A stretch of 62,850 nucleotides of DNA, taken from the NCBI RefSeq assembly GCF_004010195.1, contig NC_057720.1:1252706-1315555 (forward strand). Reading direction: 5' to 3'. The notes under the pieces were generated by a model. That model searched no databases. It was given only the letters and a program-made list of their open reading frames with translations, and was not told where the DNA came from. Source of the stretch: Chiloscyllium plagiosum. Lineage: Eukaryota. The position numbers were made by a program, and so were the translations under genes. Of the stretch, positions 24,784 through 38,100 are shown piece after piece (within the stretch, counting starts at the first letter, position 1; each line of letters starts with the position of its first letter).

Positions 24784-25326
24784 ATGTGATATTTCACAGA
24801 GCTGTCTGCCTTGTTTGTGCATAGTTTGCAGTTAAACCTTCAGTGTATCACATGCTAAAGGATATGTTTGTTCATAATAAATATGCAATTATTTCTTTCT
24901 TATTTATGACTCTAGTGAGTTTTTGTCCTTGGCAGCAGTTAAAGTTTTGCAAATTAACCGAAACAGTGATTAAACTAGTCATTTCTACATTTGTGAATTG
25001 CGGGCTTCATTTCCAACATTCCATTCCCATTGGGTTTCTGACACCAGGCTCGCCATTTTAAAGCCATGTTTCTATTATTATAACAGATCATATTCCCACA
25101 GAACTATTAGTGCTCGGAGCTCACTATTCTCAATCACCAGACTTTATACATTCACGTACATGCATTGTAAAGTTGTTGTTGCAATTTTTGCAGTCCTTCG
25201 CCTTATGCTGTCCAGTGTCATACAACTGTCTTCTCTGGTACTGTCCGACACGCTTCAGTCAGAGAGTGGGGAATCGATGGAATTCATTGCCACAGAAGGC
25301 TGTGGAGGCCAGGTCATTGAGTATAT

Positions 25327-25656
25327 TTAGATTAGATTCTTGATTAGATTAGATTAGATTACAGTGTGGAAACAGGCCCTTCAGCACAACAAGTCTAGAC
25401 CGACCCGCCGAAGCGCAACCCACCCATACCCCTACACTTACCCATTACCTAACACTACTGGCAATTTAGCATGGCCAATTCACCTGACCTGCACATCTTT
25501 GGACTGTGGGAGGAAACCGGAGCACCCGGAGGAAACCCACGCAGACACGGGGAGAACGTGCAAACTCCACACAGTCAGTCGCCTGAGGCGGGAATTGAAC
25601 CCGGGTCTCTGGCGCTGTGAGGCAGCAGTGCTAACCACTGTGCCACCATGCCGCCC
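25327..25656 (-). mobile_element. HE1-like V-SINE
   Basis: Full-length copy with (TAATC)n tail. Confidence 0.88.
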
Positions 25657-25706
25657 ATAAAGACAGAGACATTTAAGACAGAGATGGATAGGTTCTTGAT
25701 TATCAA

Positions 25707-28075
25707 GAGTTATAGCTGGGGGAAAGGCAATTCTGATGCGATTAGGCAAGATTTAGGGTGTATTGGATGGGGAAGGAAACTGCAGGGGATGGGCACAACT
25801 GAAATGTGGAGCTTATTCAAGGAACAGCTACTGAGTGTCCTTGATAAGTATGTACCTGTCAGGCAGGGAGGGAGTGGTCGAGCGAGGGAACCGTGGTTTA
25901 CTAAAGAAGTTGAAGCTCTTGTTAATAGGAAGAAGAAGGCTTATGTTAGGATGAGATGTGAAGGCTCAGTTAGGGCACTTGACAGTTATATGTTAGCCAG
26001 GAAAGACCTAAAGAGAGAGCTAAGAAGAGCCAGGAGGGGACATGAGAAGTCTTTGGCAGATAGGATCAAGGAAAACCGTAAAGCTTTCTATAGCTACGTC
26101 AGGAATAAAAGAATGACTAGAGTAAGATTAGGGCCTGTCAAAGACAGCAGTGGGAAGTTGTGTGTGGAGTCTGAAGAGATAGAAGAGGCGATGGATATTT
26201 TTTGTCAGTATTCACACAGGAAAAAGACAATGTGTTTGAGGAGAATACAGGCTACTAGACTAGACAGGATTGAGGTTCATAAGGCGGAGGTGTTAGCAAT
26301 TCTGGAAAGTGTGAAAATAGATAAGTCCCCTGGGCTGGATGGGATTAGTCCTGGGATTCTCTGGGAAGCGAGGGAGGAGATTACAGAGGCTTTGGCTTTG
26401 ATCTTTATGTTGTCATTGTCTACAGGAATAGTGCCAGAAGACTGGAGGATAGCAAATGTTGTCCCCTTGTTCAAGAAGGGGAGTAGAGACAACCCTGGTA
26501 ATTATAGACCAGTGAGCCTTACTTCGGTTGTGGGTAAAGTGTTGGAAAAGGTTATAAGAGATAGGATTTATAATCATCTAGAGAAGAATATGTTGATTAG
26601 AGATAATCAACATGGTTTTGTGAAGGGTAGGTCATGCCTCATAAATCTTATTGAGTTCTTTGAGAAGGTGACCAAACAGGTGGATGAAGGTAAAGCGGTT
26701 GATGTGGTGTATAGGGATTTCAGTAAAGCAGTAGGTTATTGTAGAAAATACGGAGGCATGGGATTGAGGGTGATTTAGCGGTTTGGATCTGAAATTGGCT
26801 ATATGAAAGAAAGCAGAGGGTGGTGGTTGATGGGATAAGTTACTAGTGGTGTACTGCAAGGATCTGGTTTGGGACCACTGCTGTTTGTCATATTCATGAA
26901 TGACCTGGATGAGGGCTTAGACGGATGGGTTAGTAAATTTGTGGATGACATTAAAGTCGGTAGAGTTGTGGACAGTGCTGAAGGATGTTGCAGGTTACAG
27001 AGGGACATTGAAAAGCTGCCGAGCTGGGCTGAGAGGTGGCAAATGGAGTTTAATATGGAAAAGTGTAAGATTCTTGGCAGTGTAGATGAGCAGAGAGATC
27101 TTGGTGTCCAATTGGGCGGCACGGTGGCACAGTGGTTAGCACTGCTGCCTCACAGCGCCTGAGACCCGGGTTCAATTCCCGACTCAGGCGACTAACTGTA
27201 TGGAGTTTGCACATTCTCCCCGTGTCTGCGTGGGTTTCCTCCGGGTGCTCTAGTTTCCTCCCACAATCCAAAGATGTGCAGGTCAGGTGAATTGACCATG
27301 CTAAATTGCCCCATAGTGTTAGGTAATGGGTAAATGTAGGGGTATGGGTGGGTTACGCTTTGGCGGGTCGGTGTGGACTTGTTGGGCCGAAGGGCCTGTT
27401 TCCACACTGTAATGTAATGTAAAAGAAATTGCATAGATCCCTGAAAGTTGCCACCCAGGTTGTTAAGGTTGTTAAGAAGGCGTACGGTGTGTTAGCTTTT
27501 ATTGGTAGAGAGATTGAGTTTCAGAGCCACGAGGTCATGCTGTAGCTATACTTGGAGTATTGCATACAGTTCTGGTCACCACATTATAGGAAGGATGTGG
27601 AAGCTTTGAAAAGGGTTCAGAGGAGAGTTACTAGGATGTTGCCTGGTATGGAAGGAAGGTGTTATGAGGAAAGGCTGAGGGACTTGAGGCTGTTTTCACT
27701 AGAGAGAAGAAGGTTAAGATAAGACTTAATAGAGACAAACAAGATAATCAGAGGGTTAGATAGGATGGACAGTGAGAGCCTTTTTCCTAGGATGATAATG
27801 GCTAGCATGAGGGGACATAGCCTTAAACTGAGGGGTGATAGATATAGGACAGATGTCAGAGGTAGTTTCTTTATTCAGAGAGTAGTGGGGGCCTGGAGCA
27901 CACTGCCTGCAACAGTAATAGACTCGCCAACTTTAAGGGCATTTAAATGGTTATTGGATAAACATATGGATAAAAATGGAATAGTGTAGGTTAGAGGCTT
28001 CAGATTAATTTCACAGGGCGGCACAACATCGAGGGCCAAAGGGCCTGTACTGAGCTGTAATGTTTGATGTTCTAT
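25707..28075 (+). mobile_element. CR1 ORF2 fragment inserted into an older CR1 3' end
   Basis: ORF 25648..26778 (PWF, KSPGLDG, NYRPVSLTSVVGK, QHGFVKGRSC). TCAAG duplicated at the junctions. Confidence 0.9.
27114..27421 (+). mobile_element. HE1-like V-SINE nested in CR1 RT
   Basis: Starts GGGCGGCACGGTGGCACAGTGG; B box GGTTCAATTCC. Confidence 0.88.
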
Positions 28076-29248
28076 GTCAAGGGGATCAAGGGTTACAGGA
28101 GAAAGCAGGAGAATGGGGTTGAGAAACCTATCAGCCATGATTGAATGGTGGAGCAGACTTGTTGGGCTGAATGGTCTATTTTTTGCTCCTATGTCTTATG
28201 GTCTTATGCTTTAATGCCCTTTATTCTTCTCTACTTGTTGTTTCTGATGTCCACCCTGTTGCCAGTTCAGACCTTTCCCAATGACACAAGTGAATATTTC
28301 CACCGAGGTCATTGGTGCCAATTCTGTTCAGGTCCAGTATGTTTCTATTGGGTAAGTGTCTCCAGAAAGGACTCTGGGATCCACGATCCTGCATCATGCC
28401 TCAAACCACATATTGACCCAACTTCTACTCTAGTCTGCACATAACTCTGGGAATAGTCCTGAGACGACCACTTTGAGGTCCTGCTTTTTAACATCTTCCT
28501 TATTTCCTATAAATCTGACCATAGGACATGAATACCAACTCTCTGCATGACACGGGTACCATCATGTACCACAATCCCTGGTTCACTGCCTTCCCTAGCT
28601 CAACACCCATTCCACGCTGTCCCAGACACTGAAACCAGAGAGGCTACACACCATGTGGGCCTCACATTGAGTGCTGTGAATCTCAGGCTGATTTACTGAG
28701 TATATTCAAACTTAAGATGGACAGATATTTGAATTCTACATTTATGGGCAGCAGACAAGAACGGAGAGTTATGGCCAAGGTCAGATCTGTCCTGATTTTA
28801 CTGAATGACAAAGCAGGCTTGAGGAGCTGAACGGTTGGGATATTTTTAACCGACCTATTCAGACATGTCTAGGGCAGATGGATCCTGAACTTGCACCTTC
28901 TGGCCCACAGGTAGGGGACACCACCATAGCAGCTCTCAGAATGGCCTATTTTTGCTGTTGTTTGTTCTGCACTTAATTGGGAATTTGGTGCCTTGGTTCA
29001 GTACAGAATCTCCAAGCAGAAAGGTCAGTAATTTAACAGAGAAAATGCACTGGTATTATCTGGGAGGGAGGTATGAGGGGTGGTTCCAAAGCAGCAAGAA
29101 TTAATGTATTACAGAGGCACAGTCTGTCATACTAACACACTGAGCACAAAGTCAGTGCATTCCACATGGAATGAGCAGACACATTTTTACCATTGCTGTT
29201 TTGATCTTCACATTAACATTCATTTCAGCCTTACAGAGATTCTTTTAC

Positions 29249-29288
29249 CTGTGCAGGTCTGGTTCGGCCTGGATTTGTAGTTTCCCAT
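29249..29288 (-). CDS. TNNI3K: TNNI3K coding exon 1 (40 nt), MGNYKSRPNQTCT
   Basis: Minus strand ATG GGA AAC TAC AAA TCC AGG CCG AAC CAG ACC TGC ACA G|gtaaaa. Matches the vertebrate TNNI3K N-terminus (MGNYKSRPTQTCT as recalled). Phase-1 GT donor. Confidence 0.95.
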
Positions 29289-29320
29289 CGTGTTTCTTCT
29301 CTTGTCGGCTTTTAGAAAGG

Positions 29321-29422
29321 TGGAATGTCACTCCCTTTCTCCCAACAATAAGAGTGTTTTCCACAGAGTGACCCTGCTGATAAACCAGGCCAAAAATAAA
29401 CCGAGACGCTCACTGTGGAATG
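29321..29422 (-). promoter_or_regulatory. Putative cardiac proximal promoter / 5' region of TNNI3K
   Basis: Within about 135 bp of the ATG: two MCAT/TEAD sites (TGGAATG at 29321-29327 and 29416-29422), a GATA site (TGATAA 29378-29383) and a MEF2-like CCAAAAATAA (29390-29399, one mismatch to YTAWWWWTAR). Confidence 0.5.
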
Positions 29423-29769
29423 TTGGAATACAATCACAGGACAAAATAAAACTCCCTGGCGCGTGGACCTAGGAATCAAAGCAGCAGCTGGGACCTGTCA
29501 AAGTGCTCAAATTGCCAAGCAACACTTCCATCATAACCAGAACAGAAAGAAGTCATTCAGGCAAATGTTTTAAAGAATTGTTTTTGGGATGTGCACATCA
29601 CAATCCAATCTGGAATTTATTGTCCAGCATTATAGATCTTGAGAAAGTGGTGGTGAGCTGCCTTCTTTCACTGCAGTCTGAGTTGAGTGGGTAAATGCCA
29701 TAGTTCTGTCATGGAAAGAGTTCCAGATTTCTGACTCAAGGGCAGTGAAAAATAACTATTAGAGACTGA

Positions 29770-30180
29770 GTTAAACCTCCCACATCACCAGGTTATAGTC
29801 AACCCAACCCCAGGTTATAGTCAACACAACCCCAGGTTATAGTCAACCCAACCCCAGATTATAGTTCAACAGGTTTATTTGGAGACACTAGCTTTTGAAG
29901 CCCCGCTCCTTCATCAGGTAGGTAAGGAGCAGTGCTCTGAAAGCCAGCACCTCCAAATAAACCATGTTGGACTATAAGGAGACAGTGAGGTCTGCAGATG
30001 CTGGAGATCAGAGTTGAGAGTGTGTTGCTGGAAAAGCACAGCAGGTCAGGCAGCATCCGAGGAACAGGAAAATCGATGTTTCAGGCTGGAGCCCTTCATC
30101 AGGAATGTTGGACTATAACCAGGTGTTGTATGACTTTTAACTTTGTACTACCAGTCCAACACGGGCACCTCTAAATCATG
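29770..30180. mobile_element. Fold-back family-B PLE terminus with internal 22-bp tandem amplification and a nested family-A terminus
   Basis: Inverted arms meet at about 29920. (CCAGGTTATAGTCAACCCAACC) x about 3.5 at 29788-29870. Nested insertion at 29978-30104. Confidence 0.78.
30073..30106 (-). ncRNA. Hammerhead motif, family A variant (AUC triplet), in solo PLE terminus 29978-30104
   Basis: ATTC CTGATGA A GGGC TCCA GCCT GAAA CATC GA. 14-bp TSD ATGTTGGACTATAA (29964-29977, 30105-30118). Confidence 0.65.
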
Positions 30181-30551
30181 GAGATAGGTATATTCTGACC
30201 AACTTCCTCAGATAAATTATGCTCTTGAGCAGGTACAACTTGAACATGGGCCTCCGAGCCAAGAGATAGAGACACTAACACTGCTCCACATGAGGCCCTC
30301 TGTTATGATCCAAGCTAGGACAGTGTTCGACATTCAGGATGTTCCAATTTGTCTGCTAATTTTGCCCTAGGTGCTGGAATTAGCTGATTTACAATTGAAT
30401 TGAATTGAGTTGAATTAGTTTGCTTTATTGCCACATGTACTCAAACAACAGACTACAGTCAAAAGTCTGTTAGTCATCACTTACAGTGCCACCTTAGCTA
30501 CAAGTGTACCCGGTATAATCCTTAGTTTCAGTGCAGAGAAATAAAGAAAAA

Positions 30552-32250
30552 GGTTATACCCAGTATAACCATAGTTTACATTACAGCTATACCCAGTATA
30601 ACCATAGTTACATTACAGCTATACCCAGTATAACCATAGTTACATTACAGCTACACACAGTATGACTGTTACATTACAGTTATACACAATATCACCATAG
30701 TTACATTATAATTACATGCAATATCACCATAGTCACATTACAGTTGTACACAGTATGATCTTAGTTACATTACAAATGCACACAGTATATGATCTTAGTT
30801 ACATTACAAATGCACACAGTATGACCATTGTTACATTACAGTTATACACAGTCTGACCATAGTTACATTACAGCTACACACAGTCTGACCATAGTTACAT
30901 TACAGCTACACACAGTATCATCATTGCTAGGTTACAGTTATACACAGTCTGACCATACTTACATTACAGCTATACCCAGTATGACCATCATTACATTACA
31001 GCTGCACACAGCATGCCCATAGTTACATTAGTTTACACACTGTATAACCATAGTTACACACAGTACCACCATAGTTACATTAAACTTATACACAGCATAA
31101 ACACAGTTACATTACAGCTACACACAGTATGAGCGCAGCAGGTCAGGCAGCATCCAAGGAAACAGGAGAATCGACGTTTCGGGCATAAGCCCTTCTTCAG
31201 GAATCGGCTTATGCCCGAAACGTCGATTCTCCTGTTCCCTGGATGCTGCCTGACCTGCTGCGCTTTTCCAGCAACACATTTTCAGCTCTGATCTCCAGCA
31301 TCTGCAGTCCTCACTTTCTCCTCCAGCTACACACAGTATGACCAATGTTATATTACAGTAAAACACAGTATGACCATCTTTACATTATAGTATGACCATC
31401 GTTACATGACAGTCATACACAGTATGACCATCTTTACATTATAGTATGACCATCGTTACATGACAGTCATACACAGTATGACCATAGTTACATTACAGCT
31501 ACACACAGTACCACCATATTTACACTAAACTTATACACAGCATGAACACAGTTACATTACAGTTACACACAGTATGACCATAGTTACATTACAGCTACAC
31601 ACAGTATCACCATAGTTATATGACAGTTATACACAGTATGACCATCGTTACATTACAGTTATATACAGTATGATCATCTTTACATTATGGTTATACAGTA
31701 TGACCATAGTTACAATACAGCTATACACAGTATGACCATCTTTACATTATAGCTACATGCAGTATGATCATCGTTACATGACAGATATACACAGTCTGAC
31801 CACAGTTACATTACAGCTGTACACAGTCTGACCACAGTTACATTACAGCTACATACAGTATGACCATAGTTACATTACAGTTATATACAGTATGACCATA
31901 GATACATTAGAGCTACACACAGTATGACTGTTGTTACATTACAGTTATTCACTGTGACCATAATTACATTACAGCTACACATTGTATGACCATCATTACA
32001 TTACAATTATACACAGCATGACCATAGTTAGATTACAGTTATACACATTATCACCATTGTTACATTACGGTTATACACAGTATCACCATAGTTACATTAA
32101 GGTTATACACAGCATGACCATAGTTACATTACAGTTATACACGGTATGACCATCGTTACATTACAGCTACACACAGTATGACCATTGTTACATTACACTT
32201 ATACACAGTATGATCATAGTTACATTTCAGTTATACACAGTATCACCATT
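30552..32250. repeat. About 32-bp degenerate minisatellite (CATTACAGCTACACACAGTATGACCATAGTTA)
   Basis: Visible tandem array of about 1.7 kb, interrupted at 31133-31323 by a PLE terminus. Confidence 0.93.
31171..31204 (-). ncRNA. Minimal hammerhead motif, family A (CUGAAGA variant), in fold-back PLE insertion 31133-31323
   Basis: ATTC CTGAAGA A GGGC TTAT GCCC GAAA CGTC GA on the minus strand. Confidence 0.78.
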
Positions 32251-35200
32251 GTTGAGGGATCTATACACTTGAACACCAAGGTCCCTCTGTTCCTCTACAC
32301 TGCCAAGAATCCTGTCTTTAATCCTATATTCAGCATTCAAGTTCCACCTTCCAAAATGCATCATTTCGCATTTATCCAGGTTGAACTCCATCTGCCATTT
32401 CCCAGCACAGCTCTGCATCCTGTCTATGTCATGCTGCAGCCTGCAATAGCCCTCAATACTATCAACGGCACCGCCAACCTTTATGTCATCTGCATATTTA
32501 CTAACCCACCCCTCAACCTCCTCATCCAAGTCATTTATAAAAGCTACAAAAAGCAGAGGCCTAAGATACGAGCCCTGTGGGACCCCGCTCACCATTAACC
32601 TCCAGCCAGAATACTTTCCGTCTACAACCACTCTCTACCTCCTGTCAGGGGACACACTTTCCTCATTCCTGAAGAAGGGCTTATGCCCGAAACGTCGATT
32701 CTCCTTTTCCTTGGATGCTGCCTGACCTGCTGCGCTTTTCCAGCAACACATTTTCAGCTCTGATCTCCAGCATCTGCAGTCCTCACTTTCTCCTACTTTC
32801 TGTCAGTCAACCAATTCTGAATCCAGATAGCCAAATCTCCCTGTATCCCATACTTCCTGACTTTATGAATGAGCCGACCATGGGGAACCTTACTCAATGC
32901 CTTGCTGAAGTCCACATTCACCACATCTACTGCTCGACCATCATCGATGTTTCGTCACCTCATCAAAGAACTCAATAAGATTTGTGAGGCATGACATGCC
33001 CCTCACAAAACCATGCTGTCCTATCCCTCAGAAGTCTTTCCAAAACCTTGCTGACCACAGACATAAGACTGACTGGTCTTTAATTGACAGGGATTTCACT
33101 ATTACCCTTCTTGAAAGGACCTAGGATAAATCTGGTCTGGCCCTGGGACTTATCAATCTTAATGTTTTCCAAAACTTACAGCACATCAACTTCATCAATC
33201 TTGATCTGGTCAAGCCTGTTTCCCAGCTCCTCAAAGTTCTCATTCACAACAAGGTCCTTTTTCTTAGTGAAAAATGAAACAAAAAACTAATTTAGGGCTT
33301 CCCCTACCTGCTCAGTCTCCATGCACAAGTTCCGTCTGCTATCCCTGATCGGCCCTACCTTCTCCCTGACCATTCTCTTATTCCTCACGTATGAGTAAAA
33401 GGCCTTTGTGTTCTCCCTAATCCTTCCTGCCAGGCCTTTCACGTGCCCCCTCCTGGCTCTCCTCAGTCCATTTCTGAGCTCCTTACTAGCAAGACTGTAA
33501 TCCTCTAAAGCTGTGCTAGATCCTTGCTTCCTCCACCTTACATAAGCTGCCTTCTTCCTTTTGATGAGAAGCTCCTCTGTTCTCGTCATCCAAGGTTCTT
33601 AATCTTACTCCTTCTTGCCTGTCTTAGAGGAACAAATTTGTGCATCACTCGCAACAACTGCTCCTTAAATAGTCTCCACATGTCTGTTGTGCCCTTTCTG
33701 TAGAACAATTGCTCCCAGTCTGTACTTTCCAACTCCTGTCTGATAGCGTCATAATTTTCTTTTCCCCATTTAAATATCTTCCTTCGGTAACTGATCCTTT
33801 CCCTCTCCATGGCTATGGTAAATGTGAGGCAGTGATGGTCATTGCCACCAAAGTGCTCTCCCACCGCGAGATCTGACACCTGTCCTGGCTCATTGCCAAG
33901 CACCAAATCCAAAATGGCCTCTCCCCTCGTCGGCCTGTCTCCATACTGAGTAAGGAAACCCTCCTGAACACACCTGACAAAAACGGCTCCATCCAAACTA
34001 TCTGCACTAAGGAGATTCCAGTCGATATTGGGAAAGTTGAAGTCACCCATAACAACAACCCTGCTACTTCTGCATTTTTCCAAAATCTGCCCCCTATGAG
34101 TTTTTTAATCTCCCTACTGAAGCTCCCTACTGAAAAAAGAAAGAAGAACGAAAATTTACAGCCCAGGAATAGGCCCTTCGGCCCTCCGGCCCTCCAAGCC
34201 TGAGCTGATCCAAATCTACTGTCTAAACCTGTCGCCCAATTCCTAAGGATCGGTATTCCTCTGCTCCCCACCTACTCATGCATCTGTCCAGACGCATCTT
34301 AAATGAATCTACCGTGCCTGCCTCTACCATCTCTGCTGGCAACAAGTTCCAGACACACACCACCCTCTGTGTGAAGTACTTGCCGCATGTATCCCCCTTA
34401 AATATTTTCATCTCTCACCTTGAAAGCCTGACCTCTTGTTATTGAATCCTTCACCCTGGGAAAAAGCTTATCTCAATCTACCCTGTCTAGATTAGATTAG
34501 ATTCATTAAAGTGTGGAAGCAGGCCCGTCAGCCCAACAGGTCCACACCGACCCTCCAAAGAGTAACCCACCCAGATCCACTTTCCCTCTGACTAATGTAC
34601 CTAACACTATGGGCAATGTAGCATGGCCAATCCAACCCTTCCATACCCTTCATGATTTTGTAGACCTCAATCAGGTCCCCCCTCAATCTCCTTTTTTCTA
34701 ATGAAAACAATCCTAACTTACTCAACCTCTCTTCATAGCTAGCACCTTCCATACCAGGCAACATCCTCGTAAACCTTCTCTGCACCCTCTCCAAAGCGTC
34801 CATATCCTTTTGATAATGCAGTGACCAGAACTGTACACAGTATTCTAAATGCGGCCGAACCAATTTTAACACAACCTTCCAGCTCTTATACTCAATCCCC
34901 ATCCAATGAAGGCAAGCATACCATATGCCTTCTTGACCACTCTATCCACCTGTGCAGCAACCTTCAGGGTACAATGGACCTGCACTCCCAGATAGAGCCC
35001 CTCTGCTCATCAACTTTTCCCAAGGCTCTTCCGTTCACTGTATAATTCGCTCTAGAATTAGACTTGCCTAATGTGAGGTGATTTGCCTGGATTGAACTCC
35101 ATCTGCCACTTCTCCGCCCAACTCTCCAGTCTAACTATATCCTCATGTATTCTCTGACAGTCCCTTATGCTTTCTGCTACTCCACCAATCTTTGTGTCAT

Positions 35201-36205
35201 CTGCAAACTTGCTGATCATACCAACAGTGCCCTCTTCATGTATATCACAAACAACAGTGGCCCCAGCACTGGTCACCTTTCTCCATTTCGAGAAACTCCC
35301 TTCAACTACTACTCTTTGTCTCTTGTTGCTCAACCAGTTCTTTATCCACCGAGCTAGACCACCCTGCACACCATGTGACTTCACTTTCTCTATTAGTCTA
35401 GCATGGGGAACTAAAGTCCATGTATATGACATCTACAACCCTTCCTTCATCTATCAACTTGGTCAATTCGTCAAAGAACTCTTGGTAAGGCATGATCTCC
35501 CCCATACAAAACCATGTTGCCTATCAATGATAAGCTGTTTCTTTTCCAAATATAAATAGATTTTATCCCTCAGTACCTTCTCCAGTAACTTTTCCACCAT
35601 TGACATCAGGCTCACTGTTCTGTAGTTATCCGGAATATCCCTACTACTCTCCTTGTACAGGGGGACAACATGAGCATCCCTCCAGTCCTCCGGCACCTCA
35701 CCTGTGTTTAATGATGTGATAAAGATATCTGTCAGGGCCCCAGCTATTTCTTCTCTCGCCTCCCTCAGCATTCTGGGATAGATCCCATCTGGTCCTGGGG
35801 ATTTGTCCACCTTAATAACTGCTAACCTCTAGCCTACCCAACACATTTCTACAGACCCCAATACTGCTATTAGTGGGTCTGTAGAAAACCCCCAATGGGG
35901 TGGCTGCTCCCTTGCTGTTCCTAACTTCCACCAATACTGACTCAATAGACAAACCTTCAACCTCCATTTCTGTAGCTGTGATGCACTCTCTGATTAGCAA
36001 CGCTACATCCTCTCCCCTTTTTCCACCCTCCCTGTTCTTTTTAAACATACTAAACCTTGGAACATCAAGCAACCATTCCTGCCCCAGTGAAACCCACGTC
36101 TCCGTTATGGCCACAACATCATTGTCCCAAGTACTGATCCATGCTCTAAGTTCATCACTCTTATTTCTGACATTGCTTGCATTAAAGCAGCCACACTTTA
36201 ACTGA
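32251..36205 (-). mobile_element. Two nested CR1 LINEs (inner copy about 34135-35860)
   Basis: Endonuclease (AITETW, VMGDFNFP, ILDLVLGNE) is interrupted by a second RT/3' end. RT motifs GVPQG and KYADD. Confidence 0.88.
32665..32698 (+). ncRNA. Minimal hammerhead motif, family A, in PLE terminus at about 32649-32793
   Basis: ATTC CTGAAGA A GGGC TTAT GCCC GAAA CGTC GA. Inserted into a CR1 with an imperfect TSD (TACCTCCTGTCAG / TACTTTCTGTCAG). Confidence 0.78.
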
Positions 36206-36423
36206 ACAGGTACAGCAGACGAGTTCTGGCAGGAGCATCCTACTCTGCTGCCATCTTACTGGAAGCTGCTGTCAGAAAATCCTTGGTGCATCTTGTGGGC
36301 AGTATATAGGGCTCCTGTTGTTTGTTGGTGATGGAGTGCATGAATGTTTCAGGCAGTTGATTGGATGGCCAGTCAGACAGGCTGCTTTGACTTGTCGTTG
36401 AGTTTCTTCAGTGCTGTGGAGTT

Positions 36424-36718
36424 TGATTAGATTCCCTACAGTGTGGAAACAGGCCCTTCGGCCCAACCAGTCCACACCGACCCTCCCAGACCCATTTCCC
36501 CTCTGACTAATGCACCTAACACTACGGACAATTTAGCATGGCCAATCCACTTGACCTGCACATCTTTGGATTGTGGGAGGAAATCGAAGCACCCGGAGGA
36601 ACCCCACGCAGACACGGGAGAATGTGCAAACTCCACACAGTCGCCTGAGGCTGGTATTGAACCTGGGGCCCCAGTGCTGTGAGGCAGCAGTGCTAGTCAC
36701 TGAGCCACTGTGCCTCCC
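36424..36718 (-). mobile_element. HE1-like V-SINE
   Basis: Same family. Further partial copies at about 34488-34634(-), 44962-45225(+), 45340-45668(-) and 51248-51421(-). Confidence 0.85.
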
Positions 36719-37094
36719 AGTTGCACTCATGTAACTGCAAATGCTTACATTTATATCACAACAGTACAGTGGAATTTGAATTCTATAAAAATCTGAAATA
36801 AAGAGTCCAATGATGACCATGAAACCATTGTCAATTGTTGGAAAAACCCATTGAGTTCACTTTTGTCCTTTACAGAAGGAAACTGCCATCCTCACCTGGT
36901 TTGGCCTACATGTGACTCCAGTCTATTAGCACTGTGGGTGACTCTTAACTTCCCTCTGGTCAATTAGGGATGGGCAATGAATGCTGTTGAGCCAGTGATA
37001 CCCTCTTCCAAAGAATGAATAAAAGAAAATATATATTAGCATAGAGGGAGGATTTATTCAAGGGCAGAATACAGAGTAGGAATAAACAGGTTAT

Positions 37095-38100
37095 TGTCAA
37101 AGCATCATACTGTGCAGGAAAGGCCTTTCAGCCCATCTATTGGGTGACTTGATAGAGGTGTACAAGATGATTAGGGGTTTAGATAGGGTTGACCATGAGA
37201 ACCTTTTTCCGCGTATGGAGTCAGCTATTACGAGGGGGCATAGCTTTAAATTAAGGGGTGGTAGGTATAGGACAGATGTTAGGGGTAGATTCTTTACTCA
37301 GCTAGTCGTGAGTTTATGGAATGCCCTGCCAGTAGCAGTGGTGGACTCTCCCTCTTTATGGGCATTTAAACGGACATTGGATAGGCATATGGAGGATAGT
37401 GGGCTAGTGTAGGTTAGGTGGGCTTGGATCGGCGCAACACCAAGGGCCAAAGGGCCTGTACTGCGCTGTATTTTTTCTATGTTTCTATGAATCTGCACCG
37501 ACATAACTATCACTAAAAGTGCACTAATCCCAATTTCCTGCACTTATCTCATATCCCTGAATGTTATGATATTTGAAGTGCCCATCCAAATATTTTTTAA
37601 AGGTTGTAATGTTTCCAGCCTCTGCTACCTTCCCAGGCAGTGCATTCCAGATTCCCACCACCCATCGAGTGAATTTTTATTTCCCAATTCCCCTCTGAAT
37701 CTCCTGCCCCTTATCCTAAAACTGTGCCCTCCCATGATTGACCCCTCAACCAAGGGGAACAGCTGCTCTATATTCACATTATCCATATCTCTCAAAATCT
37801 TATACACCTCAACCATTCCCCTCTAGTCTTCTCTGCTATGAATAAAACAATCCAAGCTGATCTAGTCTCTCCTTGCCACTCAATTTTTCAAACCCAGGTG
37901 ACATCCTGGTGTACCACATCTGTATCCCCTCTAGTGCTATCACATCCTTCCTGTAGTGAGGTGACCAGAACTGCACACAGTATTCCAGCTGTGGCCTGAC
38001 CAATGTTCTGTAAAAGTCCAACATTACCTCCTTGCTCTTACACATTGTGGCATGACTGATGGAAGCAAGAGTTCTATGTGCCTTCTTCACTATTCTATTC
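37095..38100 (-). mobile_element. CR1 3' fragment with an opposite-strand CR1 3' fragment (37141-37490) inside
   Basis: ORFs 37836..38090(-) and 37140..37412(+). Confidence 0.82.

Noticed and set aside
25648..26778. 376-aa ORF as a host gene or intact LINE
   Set aside because: 5'-truncated CR1 ORF2 piece with internal frame disruption and downstream decay.
27114..27190. tRNA gene (A and B boxes)
   Set aside because: tRNA-derived head of a multi-copy SINE, continuous with the V-domain and LINE tail.
30552..32250. CRISPR-like 32-bp repeats
   Set aside because: Head-to-tail units without spacers; no cas genes.
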